Made by a program: the position numbers and the translations under genes
Shown: piece after piece, positions 28,486 through 38,190 of the stretch
Position numbering within the stretch: position 1 is the first letter of the stretch
How the letters are laid out: every line of letters starts with the position of its first letter
The notes under the pieces: model-generated
Database searches by the model: none
Told to the model about the DNA's origin: nothing
The model's input: the letters and a program-made list of their open reading frames with translations, nothing else
Assembly: GCA_965213625.1 (NCBI GenBank)
Contig: CBDBZU010000004.1
Span: 1,280,001 to 1,344,000, forward strand
From: a bacterium
Lineage (GTDB): Bacteria > UBA8248
Reading direction: 5' to 3'
Length of the DNA: 64,000 nucleotides

Positions 28486-28842
28486 ATGCCGGAAGAATAT
28501 ATACCCATATTGATTCTGATAGCGCTGGCGGTCGGGTTCGCCGTCGTGAACCTGGGCGTGACCTTCCTGCTGGGCAGGCGAAAGTCAACGGTGGAGAAGG
28601 ATTTCGCCTATGAGTGCGGCATCGTGCCCGAATCGAACGCGCGGGGACGCTTCAGCGTGAAATTCTTTCTGGTGGCGATATTGTTCATCGTTTTCGACGT
28701 GGAGACCATCTTCCTGTTTCCCTGGGCGGTGAACCTGAAAAGCCTGGGCGTATACGGGTTTCTCGCGATTCTGCCTTTCATGGCTTTGCTGGTGGCCAGT
28801 CTGATATACGAGTGGCGCCGGGGAGCGCTCGAATGGGACTAG
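28486..28842 (+). CDS. nuoA: NADH-quinone oxidoreductase subunit A (operon 1)
   Basis: YECG, FDVE, GALEWD. Confidence 0.95.
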   Translation: MPEEYIPILILIALAVGFAVVNLGVTFLLGRRKSTVEKDFAYECGIVPESNARGRFSVKFFLVAILFIVFDVETIFLFPWAVNLKSLGVYGFLAILPFMALLVASLIYEWRRGALEWD

Positions 28843-29330
28843 AACAGCAACTCGAAGGCCAGGTGGTGCTGGGCCGCGCGACCGACGTCATCAAATGGGC
28901 GCGTAAAAACAGCCTGTGGCCCGCGCTTTTCGGGCTGGCGTGCTGCGCCATTGAGATGATGTCGACCTCGGCGGCGAAATACGACATCTCGCGCTTCGGC
29001 GCCGAGGTGTTCCGCGCATCGCCGCGCCAGGCGGATTTGATGATCGTGGCGGGCCGGGTATCGCGCAAGATGGCACCCGTGCTCCGGCAGATATACGATC
29101 AGATGCCCGAGCCGAAATGGGTGATCTCCATGGGTGCGTGCGCGTCCACGGGCGGGATATTCAACAACTACGCGCTCGTGCAGGGCGTGGACGAGGTCGT
29201 GCCCGTCGATATCTACGTGCCGGGCTGTCCGCCGCGTCCCGAAACGCTCATCGACGGGATCATGAAGCTGCAGGCGAAGATTGCGGATGAAACGCTCTAC
29301 CGAGAGGATTCCGGCGTCACCTCGCTTTAG
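28833..29330 (+). CDS. nuoB: NADH-quinone oxidoreductase subunit B (operon 1)
   Basis: [28 protein letters not shown]. Confidence 0.95.
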   Translation: MGLEQQLEGQVVLGRATDVIKWARKNSLWPALFGLACCAIEMMSTSAAKYDISRFGAEVFRASPRQADLMIVAGRVSRKMAPVLRQIYDQMPEPKWVISMGACASTGGIFNNYALVQGVDEVVPVDIYVPGCPPRPETLIDGIMKLQAKIADETLYREDSGVTSL

Positions 29331-29442
29331 ATGATGTGAGAAGGCTCCCCACGCCATGTGAGTAGTGATGGTCGACGCAGGGGCGGGGTGAGCGCTTTTT
29401 CGTGAAGTAAAACAAACCTTTGTGGAATGAGGGGTTGAGCCG

Positions 29443-30015
29443 TTGAGTGAAGAGGAGCGGGAGCAGGAGGAGGTCGAAGAGCCGGCCGAGGAGCCGATCG
29501 AGAAGAAAGACCCCGACCTCGTTTTGCTGCAGGCGAAAATCGGGGCCGGCTTTCTTGGAGCGACGGAACATCGCGGCCAGATTTCCGCGCAGGTCGCGCC
29601 GGACGCACTGCTCGATGCGGCGCGTTTTTTGCGTGATGAGAGAGGCTACAAGCTGCTGAGTTTCGTCTGCGGGGTGGATTGTCTGGAACTGCCGGTTTCC
29701 TACCGGTTCAAGGTGACGTATTCGCTCCTGAATCCCGAGAGACCGCGGCGTCTGCGCTTGGAAACCCCCTGCGCGGACGATCTCGAACCGGCGGTGCCCA
29801 GCGTCTGCGGGATTTGGCCGGGCGCGAGGCTCCATGAGAGCGAGGCGTACGACCTGTTGGGAATCACCTTCGAGGGGCACCCCGAGCTCGAACGCATTCT
29901 CACGCCCGAGGGCTTCGAGGGACACCCCCACCGCAAGGATTTCGATATATCTTCCGAGCCGGTGGCGTTCACGTTCAGGGATACGCCCGCCGGCAAGCCC
30001 AAGGCGGCGGAATAA
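29443..30015 (+). CDS. nuoC: NADH-quinone oxidoreductase subunit C (operon 1)
   Basis: E.EAYDLLGITFEGHP.L.RIL, GHPHRKDF. Confidence 0.92.
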   Translation: MSEEEREQEEVEEPAEEPIEKKDPDLVLLQAKIGAGFLGATEHRGQISAQVAPDALLDAARFLRDERGYKLLSFVCGVDCLELPVSYRFKVTYSLLNPERPRRLRLETPCADDLEPAVPSVCGIWPGARLHESEAYDLLGITFEGHPELERILTPEGFEGHPHRKDFDISSEPVAFTFRDTPAGKPKAAE

Positions 30016-30033
30016 GGATCACGGGAGCCATTG

Positions 30034-31257
30034 ATGGCCACGCAAGCGCAAAGCACGGACCCACTCGACAGCGACATGCTCGGTCCCATCCAGACCGAGA
30101 CCATGACTCTCAACATGGGGCCGCAGCACCCGAGCACCCACGGTGTTCTGCGCGTTGTGCTCGAACTCGACGGCGAGACGGTGCTTTCGTGCAAGCCCAT
30201 CATCGGCTACCTGCATACCGGCATCGAGAAGAACATGGAGGGGAGAACCTACAACAAGGCCCTCCCCATGACCGACCGCATGGATTACCTGGCGCCCATG
30301 TCGAACAACTTGGGCTTCGTTCTGGCCGTGGAGAAGCTCCTGGATATGGAGGTTCCCCGCCGGTGCAAGTATCTGCGCGTGCTGCTTGCGGAGATGACGC
30401 GGCTGAACAGCCACCTGGTCTGGCTGGGTACCCACGCGCTCGACCTGGGCGCGATGACGGTCTTTCTCTATTGCTTCAGAGAGCGCGAGCAGCTCTTGAA
30501 GATTTTCGAGAAAGTCGCCGGCGTCCGCATGATGACAAGCTATTTCCGCGTGGGCGGCGTCGCGCGCGAGCCCTACCCGACGTTTTACGATGATTGTCGC
30601 AATTTCCTGGAACCCTTCTCAGACCGCGTGGACGAGTATGAGGAACTGCTCACGAACAACCCCATCTACAGGAGGCGCGCAGAGGGCGTTTGCGCCATGA
30701 CGGCCGATGAGGCCTATGCGCTCGGCATCACGGGGCCGCTGCTCAGAGCCTGCGGCGTTCCCTACGACATCCGAAAGAACGAGCCCTACTCGGGCTATGA
30801 GGAGTTCGACTTCGAGGTTCCCGTAGGCGAGCGGGGCGATATTCTGGACAGGTACCTGGTGCGGATAGCGGAGATGCGCGAGTCCCGGCGCATCGCCATG
30901 CAGGCGTGGGAAGGTATGCCCGAGGGGCCCCTCATGGCGGACAACCCCAAGGTGGTGCCGCCGCCCAAAGAGCAACTGGCCCACGACATGGAGGCGCTTA
31001 TCCACCACTTCAAGATATTCACCGAAGGCTACAGCGTGCCCGAGGGCGAGGTGTACCAGGCCATCGAGTCTCCCCGGGGAGAGCTTGGCTATTACATGAT
31101 CAGCGATGGCAGTCCGGGTCCTTATAAGGTAAAAGTGCGCGCGCCGAGTTTCGCGAACCTGCACTCGCTCGCCGAGATCACCCGCGGCGGGCTGATGGGC
31201 GACGTCGTTGCCGCCATCGGCAGCATCGACATCGTACTGGGCGAGATTGATCGCTAA
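30034..31257 (+). CDS. nuoD: NADH-quinone oxidoreductase subunit D (operon 1)
   Basis: GPQHPSTHGVLR, DRMDY, ESPRGE, GEIDR. Confidence 0.96.
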   Translation: MATQAQSTDPLDSDMLGPIQTETMTLNMGPQHPSTHGVLRVVLELDGETVLSCKPIIGYLHTGIEKNMEGRTYNKALPMTDRMDYLAPMSNNLGFVLAVEKLLDMEVPRRCKYLRVLLAEMTRLNSHLVWLGTHALDLGAMTVFLYCFREREQLLKIFEKVAGVRMMTSYFRVGGVAREPYPTFYDDCRNFLEPFSDRVDEYEELLTNNPIYRRRAEGVCAMTADEAYALGITGPLLRACGVPYDIRKNEPYSGYEEFDFEVPVGERGDILDRYLVRIAEMRESRRIAMQAWEGMPEGPLMADNPKVVPPPKEQLAHDMEALIHHFKIFTEGYSVPEGEVYQAIESPRGELGYYMISDGSPGPYKVKVRAPSFANLHSLAEITRGGLMGDVVAAIGSIDIVLGEIDR

Positions 31258-31281
31258 AGAGAAACAGAGGGCGGTATTGTT

Positions 31282-31890
31282 TTGGCGTTGATACGGTTTC
31301 CCCATTCCGAGCAGGAAGAACGCTTCGAGTTCTCGCCCGAGAACCGCGCGGAACTAGAGCGCATCATCGCCAAGTATCCGGTGAAGCGCTCGGCCCTCAT
31401 CCCCGCGCTCCAGCTGGCCCAGGAGCAGGAGGGCTTCATCACGAGCGCTGTGATGCAGCACGTGGCCGAGATTTTCGAGGTCTCCCCCATGGAGGTGTGG
31501 GGCGTGGTGAGCTTCTATACCATGCTCAAGACCCAGCCCATCGGCGAGTACCACGTACAGGTGTGCAACAACCTCTCGTGCGCCCTCATGGGAGCGGGCA
31601 GATTGTTGCGCGAGATCGAAAACCGCCTGGATTGCCGCACCGGACATACGCGCGAGGACGGGAAGTTCTCGATCGAGGCGGTCGAGTGCCTGGGCGCGTG
31701 CGGCGGCGCTCCGTGCGTGCAGGTGAATGAAGACTACTTCGAGCGCGTAACACCCGAGATTATGAACGACATCCTGAGCGCGCTGGAAAAAGGCGAGACA
31801 GTCTCGCCCATCGGGGCGGACGAGGTGGTATCGCCCGCTCTGGCAGGCGCCGAAGAAACAGATGGCGAAGGCCAGGGCCGAGGAGTCTGA
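31282..31890 (+). CDS. nuoE: NADH-quinone oxidoreductase subunit E
   Basis: CNNLSC and ECLGAC 2Fe-2S ligands. Confidence 0.95.
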   Translation: MALIRFPHSEQEERFEFSPENRAELERIIAKYPVKRSALIPALQLAQEQEGFITSAVMQHVAEIFEVSPMEVWGVVSFYTMLKTQPIGEYHVQVCNNLSCALMGAGRLLREIENRLDCRTGHTREDGKFSIEAVECLGACGGAPCVQVNEDYFERVTPEIMNDILSALEKGETVSPIGADEVVSPALAGAEETDGEGQGRGV

Positions 31891-31892
31891 AG

Positions 31893-33197
31893 ATGGCGTT
31901 GGTTCTGGAAAAAATCGTGACGAGCCGGTTCGACAACCCCGATGCGCCTCAAATCGCGGGTTATGAAGCCACGGGCGGCTATGAGGCGTTACGGAAGCTC
32001 CTGGGCGGTGTCGAACCAGCGGACGTCATCGAGCTCGTAAAATCCTCGGGCCTGCGCGGGCGCGGCGGCGCGGGATTCCCATGCGGCCTCAAGTGGAGCT
32101 TCGTGCCCCAGGTAGACGGACCGAAATACCTGGCCGTCAACGCGGACGAGGGAGAGCCCGGCACGTTCAAGGATCGCGAACTCATGCTGCGCGACCCGCA
32201 CCAGCTTATCGAGGGCATCCTCATCGCGTGTTACGCCGTGGGCATCGAAAAGGCCTACATCTACATTCGTGGCGAGTTCGTCGCGCCCTGGCGCGCGGTC
32301 GAGAAAGCCCTGGCCGAGGCATACGAGAAGGGATACGTCGGCCAGAACATCATGGGCAGCGGTTTTTCGTGCGATATCTACACCCACCGCGGCGCGGGCG
32401 CCTACATCTGCGGCGAGGAGACGGGTCTTCTGGAGTCGCTCGAGGGCAAGCGCGGACACCCGCGCTTAAAGCCGCCGTTTCCGGCGGTGATCGGTCTTTA
32501 TGCGCGGCCCACGGTCATCAACAACGTGGAGACGCTCGCGAATCTCCCCCACATCGTGAACAAGGGGGCGGAGTGGTTCGCTGGCATCGGAATCGACGAG
32601 AAGAACTCGGGCACCCGCATGTACTGCGTCTCGGGCCACGTGGCGAAGCCGGGCCTGTATGAGTTGCCGCTCGGCCTGACGTGCGAGGAGATGATTCACG
32701 ATCACTGCGGCGGCATGCGGAACGGGGCTGCTCTTAAAGCGGTGATACCCGGCGGCGCGAGCGCGCCCGTCCTCACGGCGAAGGAAGTATACGAAGACAA
32801 GGTGACGATGGATTTCGATTCCCTCGCGAAGGCCGGCAGCATGGGCGGAAGCGGCGGGGTGATCGTCATGGACGAGACCACGTGCATGGTGCAGGCCGCG
32901 GGCAGGCTCGCCGCCTTTTTCGAGCACGAATCGTGCGGACAGTGCTCGGTCTGCCGGGAGGGAACCGGCTGGGTGTCCGAGATTCTGGCGCGCATGGAGC
33001 GGGGCGAAGGCGTGCCCGACGATCTGGATACGCTCGCGTCGATAGACCCCAACATGCGGGGCAACACCATCTGCGTGTTGTCTGATGCATGCGCCATGAT
33101 GTTCGGCGCGTTCCTGACGAAATTTCACGATGAATTCGAAGCGCACATCTCTCTGGGCCGCTGTCCGCTGGACAGTCCGTATCCCGCCGCGATGTGA
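31893..33197 (+). CDS. nuoF: NADH-quinone oxidoreductase subunit F
   Basis: GLRGRGGAGFP, NADEGEPG, GAYICGEET, ESCGQCSVCREG. Confidence 0.96.
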   Translation: MALVLEKIVTSRFDNPDAPQIAGYEATGGYEALRKLLGGVEPADVIELVKSSGLRGRGGAGFPCGLKWSFVPQVDGPKYLAVNADEGEPGTFKDRELMLRDPHQLIEGILIACYAVGIEKAYIYIRGEFVAPWRAVEKALAEAYEKGYVGQNIMGSGFSCDIYTHRGAGAYICGEETGLLESLEGKRGHPRLKPPFPAVIGLYARPTVINNVETLANLPHIVNKGAEWFAGIGIDEKNSGTRMYCVSGHVAKPGLYELPLGLTCEEMIHDHCGGMRNGAALKAVIPGGASAPVLTAKEVYEDKVTMDFDSLAKAGSMGGSGGVIVMDETTCMVQAAGRLAAFFEHESCGQCSVCREGTGWVSEILARMERGEGVPDDLDTLASIDPNMRGNTICVLSDACAMMFGAFLTKFHDEFEAHISLGRCPLDSPYPAAM

Positions 33198-33214
33198 TGG
33201 GGGAGAGGCGATAG

Positions 33215-35812
33215 ATGTCGAATGAGCAGGTAACATTCGTATTCAACGATCAGAGCGTCACGATGGACAAGGGCCTGCCCGTCCTGGAGGCCGCGCTCCG
33301 CATCGGCGCGCACGTTCCGCATTTTTGCTACCACAAGAACCTCTCCATCGTCGGCCAGTGCCGGGCCTGTCTCGTGGAAGTGCTCGACGCCGGAAACGGC
33401 AGGCCGATACCCAAGCTCCAGCCTTCCTGCGCCACGCCTGCGGCCGAGGGCATGGTGATCAGTTCCGTGACCCCGCGCGTCATCGAGGCGCAGGAAGGGG
33501 TTTTCGAATTTCTGCTCAAGAACCACCCGCTCGATTGCCCGGTGTGCGATCAGGGCGGCGAGTGCCCTCTGCAGGATCAGACGATGGCCTACGGCAAGGC
33601 TATCAGCAGGACGCACGAGTTCAGGCGCATTTATCCGCAAAAGGAGATCAGCGCCTTCATCAAGCCCGAAATGAACCGCTGCGTGCACTGCACCCGGTGC
33701 ATCCGCTTCACCGAAGAGATAGACGGCGGAGCGGAATTCGGCTGGGCGCAGCGCGGCGACCGCACCGAGGTGGGCGTCTACGAGGATCTGCCCATGACGA
33801 GCGTCGTCTCGGGCAACGTCATCGACATCTGCCCCGTCGGCGCGCTCACGGACAACAAATACCGCTTCACCGCGCGCGTGTGGGAGATGCAGGAAACCCA
33901 GGGCCCCTGCACCCTTTGCAGCGTGGGCTGTCGCCAGGGCGTCTGGACGAAGGACGGCGAGATCAAGCGCGTCACGGCGGCCGAGAACGAAAGAGTCAAC
34001 GACACCTGGATTTGCGACGTCGCGCGCTATGGCTGGAGCGGTGCGCACGGCGAGGGGCGCATCACCCAGCCGATGATCCGAAAAGACGGCGAACTGACGC
34101 CCGTCGGCTGGGCGGAGGCAATCGGCGAGGCGGCGAGGGGCTTGAGCGCGCTCATGGAGGGAGCGGGCGGCGGCGCAATCGCCGGCCTGGGCGGGGCCTC
34201 TTCCACGAACGAGACGGCGTATCAGTTCGGCGCCTTCATGCGCGCGGTTCTGGGAACCAACCACCTGGACAGCCGGATTCATCCGCGCGACATCGTGCAG
34301 TCGGACTTGCAAAGCGCCGCCTTTGGCGGCGTGGGCGGCGCGGGCTCCATCGAGGAGTTGGGGCGCTCGAAGGCCATCATCATCGTGGGCAGCGACCCGT
34401 TCACGCAGCATCCCATACTCGCGCTTCAGATCAGAAAAGCGCACCGGGCGGGCGCCGTCATCATCAACGTGAACCAAAGGCGCATCGACTTGCGCGTTCA
34501 GGGCAGGGTGCATCATCTGGTGCCGGTGCTGGGGGGCATTTCGCGGACGCTGCGCGCGCTGGCGACATACCTCGTGGACGGCGGCGCGAAGCCGGAAGGC
34601 GAAAAAGCGGAGGAATACGCCGCGCTCATCGGTTCCGTGGACCTGAGCCGCTTGTGCGAAGAGGCGGACGTGTCGCCCGATGACCTCATGGCCGCCGCCC
34701 GGGCGATTCTGGTGGCCGATGGCGGCGTGAGCATACTCTCAGGGCCCGGAGAGACCGGGAAAGTCGCCGTTTCCGAGGCGATCAATCTGGGGCTGTTGCT
34801 CCGCGCCAACATGCTCTTCGCCACCGTCGCGCCGAACTTACAGGGCGCAATCGATATGGGACTGCGCCCCGAAGCCCTGCCCGGCGGCGATTTGTCGGAT
34901 GAAGCGGCGCGCGCCGCCTGCGAGGAAGCATGGGGGAGGCCGCCCGGCGACCAACCCGGCAAGAACGCGAACGGCATACTGGATGGCCTCATGAGCGGTG
35001 ATCTGAAGGGACTCTACATCCTGGGCTGCGACCCGGTAGGCGAGCATCCCGACGGCGCGCGGGCGAGAGAGGCGCTGGAAAAGGCCGATTTCGTCGTCGC
35101 GCAGACATCCCACTTGAACGCCAGCACGGAATACGCGGACGTCGTGATCCCCGCGCCCACATTGTATGAGGAGACGGGCAGCGTCACGAACATGGAGCGC
35201 AGGGCGCAGTCTCTCCCGCGCGCGCTCAAGCCGATGATCGACAAGATGGTCCCCGAAGCGTGGCGGGCCTTCGCCGATATCGCCAAGGCGATGGAGCGGC
35301 CGTTGCGGGCGAATGCGCTGGACAAGATACGGATTCAGGCGCGCTCGCTCATCGGCGATTACGCGGACGCCTTCGGCCGGGTACCCGATGAGGGACTGCA
35401 TTTAAGACGAGAGGGGCAGCGCGCCTATCAGCTAGCGCAGATTCCCGAGAAAGAGGCGCAGGAGCCGGGCTTGAGGATGCTGATGACGCCCGTCTTGTGG
35501 CTCTCGGGCGCTTATGCGGCCTCGGCTTATCATCTCGCCGACATGCCGGAAGCCTCTCTCGTCCTCTCGCCGAGCGATGCCGAGAACCTGGGTGTTGCGG
35601 ACGGCGAACTCGTGGAATTCGAAGTGGGCGGAGAGGTCGTTCAGCTTCCCGCGCACGTCGACAAGAACGCGCCGGTGGGCGTCGCATTCGCGCCGGAGGG
35701 TTATCTGCGCGCGCATGGGGGCTCGGCCCTCAACGCCGTCGGCGCGACTGGCCGCCAGGGGGTGGAGATTCGGGTGCGCAAGGCGGAGAAACCCCAAGAG
35801 GTGGGCGCATAG
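33215..35812 (+). CDS. nuoG: NADH-quinone oxidoreductase subunit G
   Basis: PHFCYH, CRAC, HPLDCPVCDQGGEC, RCVHCTRC, CTLCSVGC...C (N7-type motif). Confidence 0.95.
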   Translation: MSNEQVTFVFNDQSVTMDKGLPVLEAALRIGAHVPHFCYHKNLSIVGQCRACLVEVLDAGNGRPIPKLQPSCATPAAEGMVISSVTPRVIEAQEGVFEFLLKNHPLDCPVCDQGGECPLQDQTMAYGKAISRTHEFRRIYPQKEISAFIKPEMNRCVHCTRCIRFTEEIDGGAEFGWAQRGDRTEVGVYEDLPMTSVVSGNVIDICPVGALTDNKYRFTARVWEMQETQGPCTLCSVGCRQGVWTKDGEIKRVTAAENERVNDTWICDVARYGWSGAHGEGRITQPMIRKDGELTPVGWAEAIGEAARGLSALMEGAGGGAIAGLGGASSTNETAYQFGAFMRAVLGTNHLDSRIHPRDIVQSDLQSAAFGGVGGAGSIEELGRSKAIIIVGSDPFTQHPILALQIRKAHRAGAVIINVNQRRIDLRVQGRVHHLVPVLGGISRTLRALATYLVDGGAKPEGEKAEEYAALIGSVDLSRLCEEADVSPDDLMAAARAILVADGGVSILSGPGETGKVAVSEAINLGLLLRANMLFATVAPNLQGAIDMGLRPEALPGGDLSDEAARAACEEAWGRPPGDQPGKNANGILDGLMSGDLKGLYILGCDPVGEHPDGARAREALEKADFVVAQTSHLNASTEYADVVIPAPTLYEETGSVTNMERRAQSLPRALKPMIDKMVPEAWRAFADIAKAMERPLRANALDKIRIQARSLIGDYADAFGRVPDEGLHLRREGQRAYQLAQIPEKEAQEPGLRMLMTPVLWLSGAYAASAYHLADMPEASLVLSPSDAENLGVADGELVEFEVGGEVVQLPAHVDKNAPVGVAFAPEGYLRAHGGSALNAVGATGRQGVEIRVRKAEKPQEVGA

Positions 35813-36793
35813 ATGATTTGGCTGCTCATCATTCTCGGAAAAGTGCTCGTGGGCTTCGGCGGACTTTTGCTGCTCGCCGCCTACATGACCTGGATGGAGC
35901 GGCGCGTGTTCGCGCTCATACAGGTGCGCGTGGGACCCAACCGCGTGGGGCCGTCGGGGCTACTGCAGCCCATCGCCGACGGGATCAAGCTCATGTTCAA
36001 GGAAACCATTATTCCTTCTCAGGCGGACAAGGTGATTTACGTTCTGGCGCCGGCCATTACGCTTATTCCGGCGCTGGTTGCCTTCGCCGTGGTGCCCTTC
36101 GGCGATTCCGTAACCGTGCTCGGCCAGAAGGTGGACCTGGTGGTGGCCGACGTGAACGTCGGCATCCTGTACATCTTCGCCATGGCGGGCATCGGCGTGT
36201 ACGGCATCGTGCTCGGCTCATGGGCGTCGAACAGCAAGTATCCGCTCATCGGCGGGCTTCGCTCCGCCGCTCAATTGATCAGCTACGAACTCTCGCTCGG
36301 CATGTCGCTTCTGGGCGTGGTGATGATCTCGGGCACCCTGAGCTTAAAGGGAATCGTCGAGGCTCAGGCCGGGATGCCCTACATCGTCCTGCAGCCCCTG
36401 GGCTTTCTGCTCTTCGTCATCTGTATGCTGGCGGAGACGAACCGGGCACCGTTCGATTTGCCCGAGGCCGAAAGCGAGCTCACCGGCGGTTTTCATACCG
36501 AATACAGCAGCATGCACTTTGCGGTTTATTCCATCGCCGAGTACTGCAGCATGATTACGCTCTCGGCGGTGGGGGCGACGTTTTTCCTCGGCGGATGGCG
36601 CGGACCGCTGCTGCCGCCCGTCTTGTGGTTCCTGATCAAGGTGCTGGCGTTCATGTTCTTCTTCATGTGGCTGCGCGCCTCCACGCCGCGCCTGCGCTAT
36701 GACCAACTGATGGGTCTCGGGTGGAAGGTGCTTCTGCCGCTGTCCATCCTGAACGTGATACTCACGGCCGCCGCCGTCGTTTTCCTGGGCTAG
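35813..36793 (+). CDS. nuoH: NADH-quinone oxidoreductase subunit H (operon 1)
   Basis: [41 protein letters not shown]. Confidence 0.96.
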   Translation: MIWLLIILGKVLVGFGGLLLLAAYMTWMERRVFALIQVRVGPNRVGPSGLLQPIADGIKLMFKETIIPSQADKVIYVLAPAITLIPALVAFAVVPFGDSVTVLGQKVDLVVADVNVGILYIFAMAGIGVYGIVLGSWASNSKYPLIGGLRSAAQLISYELSLGMSLLGVVMISGTLSLKGIVEAQAGMPYIVLQPLGFLLFVICMLAETNRAPFDLPEAESELTGGFHTEYSSMHFAVYSIAEYCSMITLSAVGATFFLGGWRGPLLPPVLWFLIKVLAFMFFFMWLRASTPRLRYDQLMGLGWKVLLPLSILNVILTAAAVVFLG

Positions 36794-36819
36794 CGGGCCG
36801 CTCTAAGGGGGGAGGATTC

Positions 36820-37299
36820 ATGTTAGGCGAGATTTGCAAGGGTTTGTGGCTGACGATCAAGCATTCCTTCAAAAACCGCGTGACCGTGCAGTACCCCGAC
36901 GTCAAAGAGGAAATGCCCGTGGGCTACCGCGGCCTCCACAAGCTGCTGCGCTGGGAGGACGGCCTGGAGCGCTGCGTGGGGTGCAAGCTCTGCTCGGCGG
37001 CGTGTCCCGTGGATTGCATATATGTGGAATCGGAGGAGAACGACCCCGAGGCGCCGACTTCGAAGGGCGAGCGCTACGCCAGTATTTACGAGATCAACGA
37101 GCTTCGCTGCATCTTTTGCGGGTACTGCGAGGAAGCCTGCCCGGTCGGCGCGGTCGTGCTGGGCAACGAATATGAATTCTGCCAGGACGATCGCGGCAAG
37201 TTCCTCTACGAGAAGGGCGATTTGATCGTGGAGCGGACCGAGGATTATCCGGAGCTTCATGCCCGCTATGACGAGAAGAACCTGCTCACGTATGTCTAG
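36820..37299 (+). CDS. nuoI: NADH-quinone oxidoreductase subunit I
   Basis: CVGCKLCSAACP and CIFCGYCEEACP. Confidence 0.96.
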   Translation: MLGEICKGLWLTIKHSFKNRVTVQYPDVKEEMPVGYRGLHKLLRWEDGLERCVGCKLCSAACPVDCIYVESEENDPEAPTSKGERYASIYEINELRCIFCGYCEEACPVGAVVLGNEYEFCQDDRGKFLYEKGDLIVERTEDYPELHARYDEKNLLTYV

Positions 37300-37344
37300 G
37301 ATTCGATTTGAAGCGGGCGCCCGCCCGCTGGAGGAAGGGCGGTA

Positions 37345-37863
37345 GTGGCCAGTTCCCTGTTTTTTTATTTCCTGGCGGTGGTGACGACGGTGGGCGCGAT
37401 AGCCGTCGTCGCGTTTCCCAGCCCGCTCTACAGCGTACTCGCCCTGATCCTGACCTTCCTCGGCCTTGCCGGGCTGTATCTCTCTCTACACGCGCAGTTC
37501 GTCGCCATCGTTCAGGTGATCATCTACGCCAGCGCGATCATGATGCTCTTCCTGTTCGTGGTGATGCTGATCAACTTAGGACGCGAGGAGAAAAGGGAGC
37601 TGCGCCTGCCCGGCCAGAAGATGCTGGGCGCCATCGCGGGACTCGCCGTATTCAGCGTACTGCTCAAAATATTCCTCTCCACCTCCCTTATGACGGGCAA
37701 GAAGGGGAGCTTTCCGGTCGAGCGGGTGGATGAGCTGGGCAACACGCAGGTTATCGGAAACCTTTTGTTGACGGATTACGTCCTGCCGTTTCAGGCGATG
37801 GGCGTCTTGTTGTTCGTGGGCATCGTCGGCGCCGTGGTTCTGGCGCGCAGGCGAAGCCGCTAG
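37345..37863 (+). CDS. nuoJ: NADH-quinone oxidoreductase subunit J (operon 1)
   Basis: AQFVAIVQVIIYASAIMMLFLFVVML; gene order. Confidence 0.93.
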   Translation: MASSLFFYFLAVVTTVGAIAVVAFPSPLYSVLALILTFLGLAGLYLSLHAQFVAIVQVIIYASAIMMLFLFVVMLINLGREEKRELRLPGQKMLGAIAGLAVFSVLLKIFLSTSLMTGKKGSFPVERVDELGNTQVIGNLLLTDYVLPFQAMGVLLFVGIVGAVVLARRRSR

Positions 37864-37875
37864 GAGGGGTGGGAC

Positions 37876-38178
37876 GTGGCGCCACTCGAGCATTACCTGA
37901 TTCTGAGCGCGGTTCTCTTCTCCCTGGGGGTGGTGGGCGTCGTGGTGCGCAGAAACGCTATCGTCGTCATCTTGTGCATCGAGTTGATGATGAACGGGGC
38001 GAATCTGGCGTTCGTGGCCTATGGCCGCTTCCTGGATTCGATGGCGGGCCAGATGATCGTGTTTTTCGTGATGGCGGTGGCCGCGGCGGAGGCCGCCATC
38101 GGGCTGGCCATCGTGGTGCTGATCTACCGCAACCGCGAATCCACCGACCTGGACGAGATCAATCTACTGAAACTATAA
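37876..38178 (+). CDS. nuoK: NADH-quinone oxidoreductase subunit K (operon 1)
   Basis: [22 protein letters not shown]. Confidence 0.95.
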   Translation: MAPLEHYLILSAVLFSLGVVGVVVRRNAIVVILCIELMMNGANLAFVAYGRFLDSMAGQMIVFFVMAVAAAEAAIGLAIVVLIYRNRESTDLDEINLLKL

Positions 38179-38190
38179 GAGCAAGGAATT

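Noticed and set aside
29331-29442. 112-bp gap between nuoB and nuoC as a regulatory RNA
   Set aside because: No convincing stable structure or known motif by eye.
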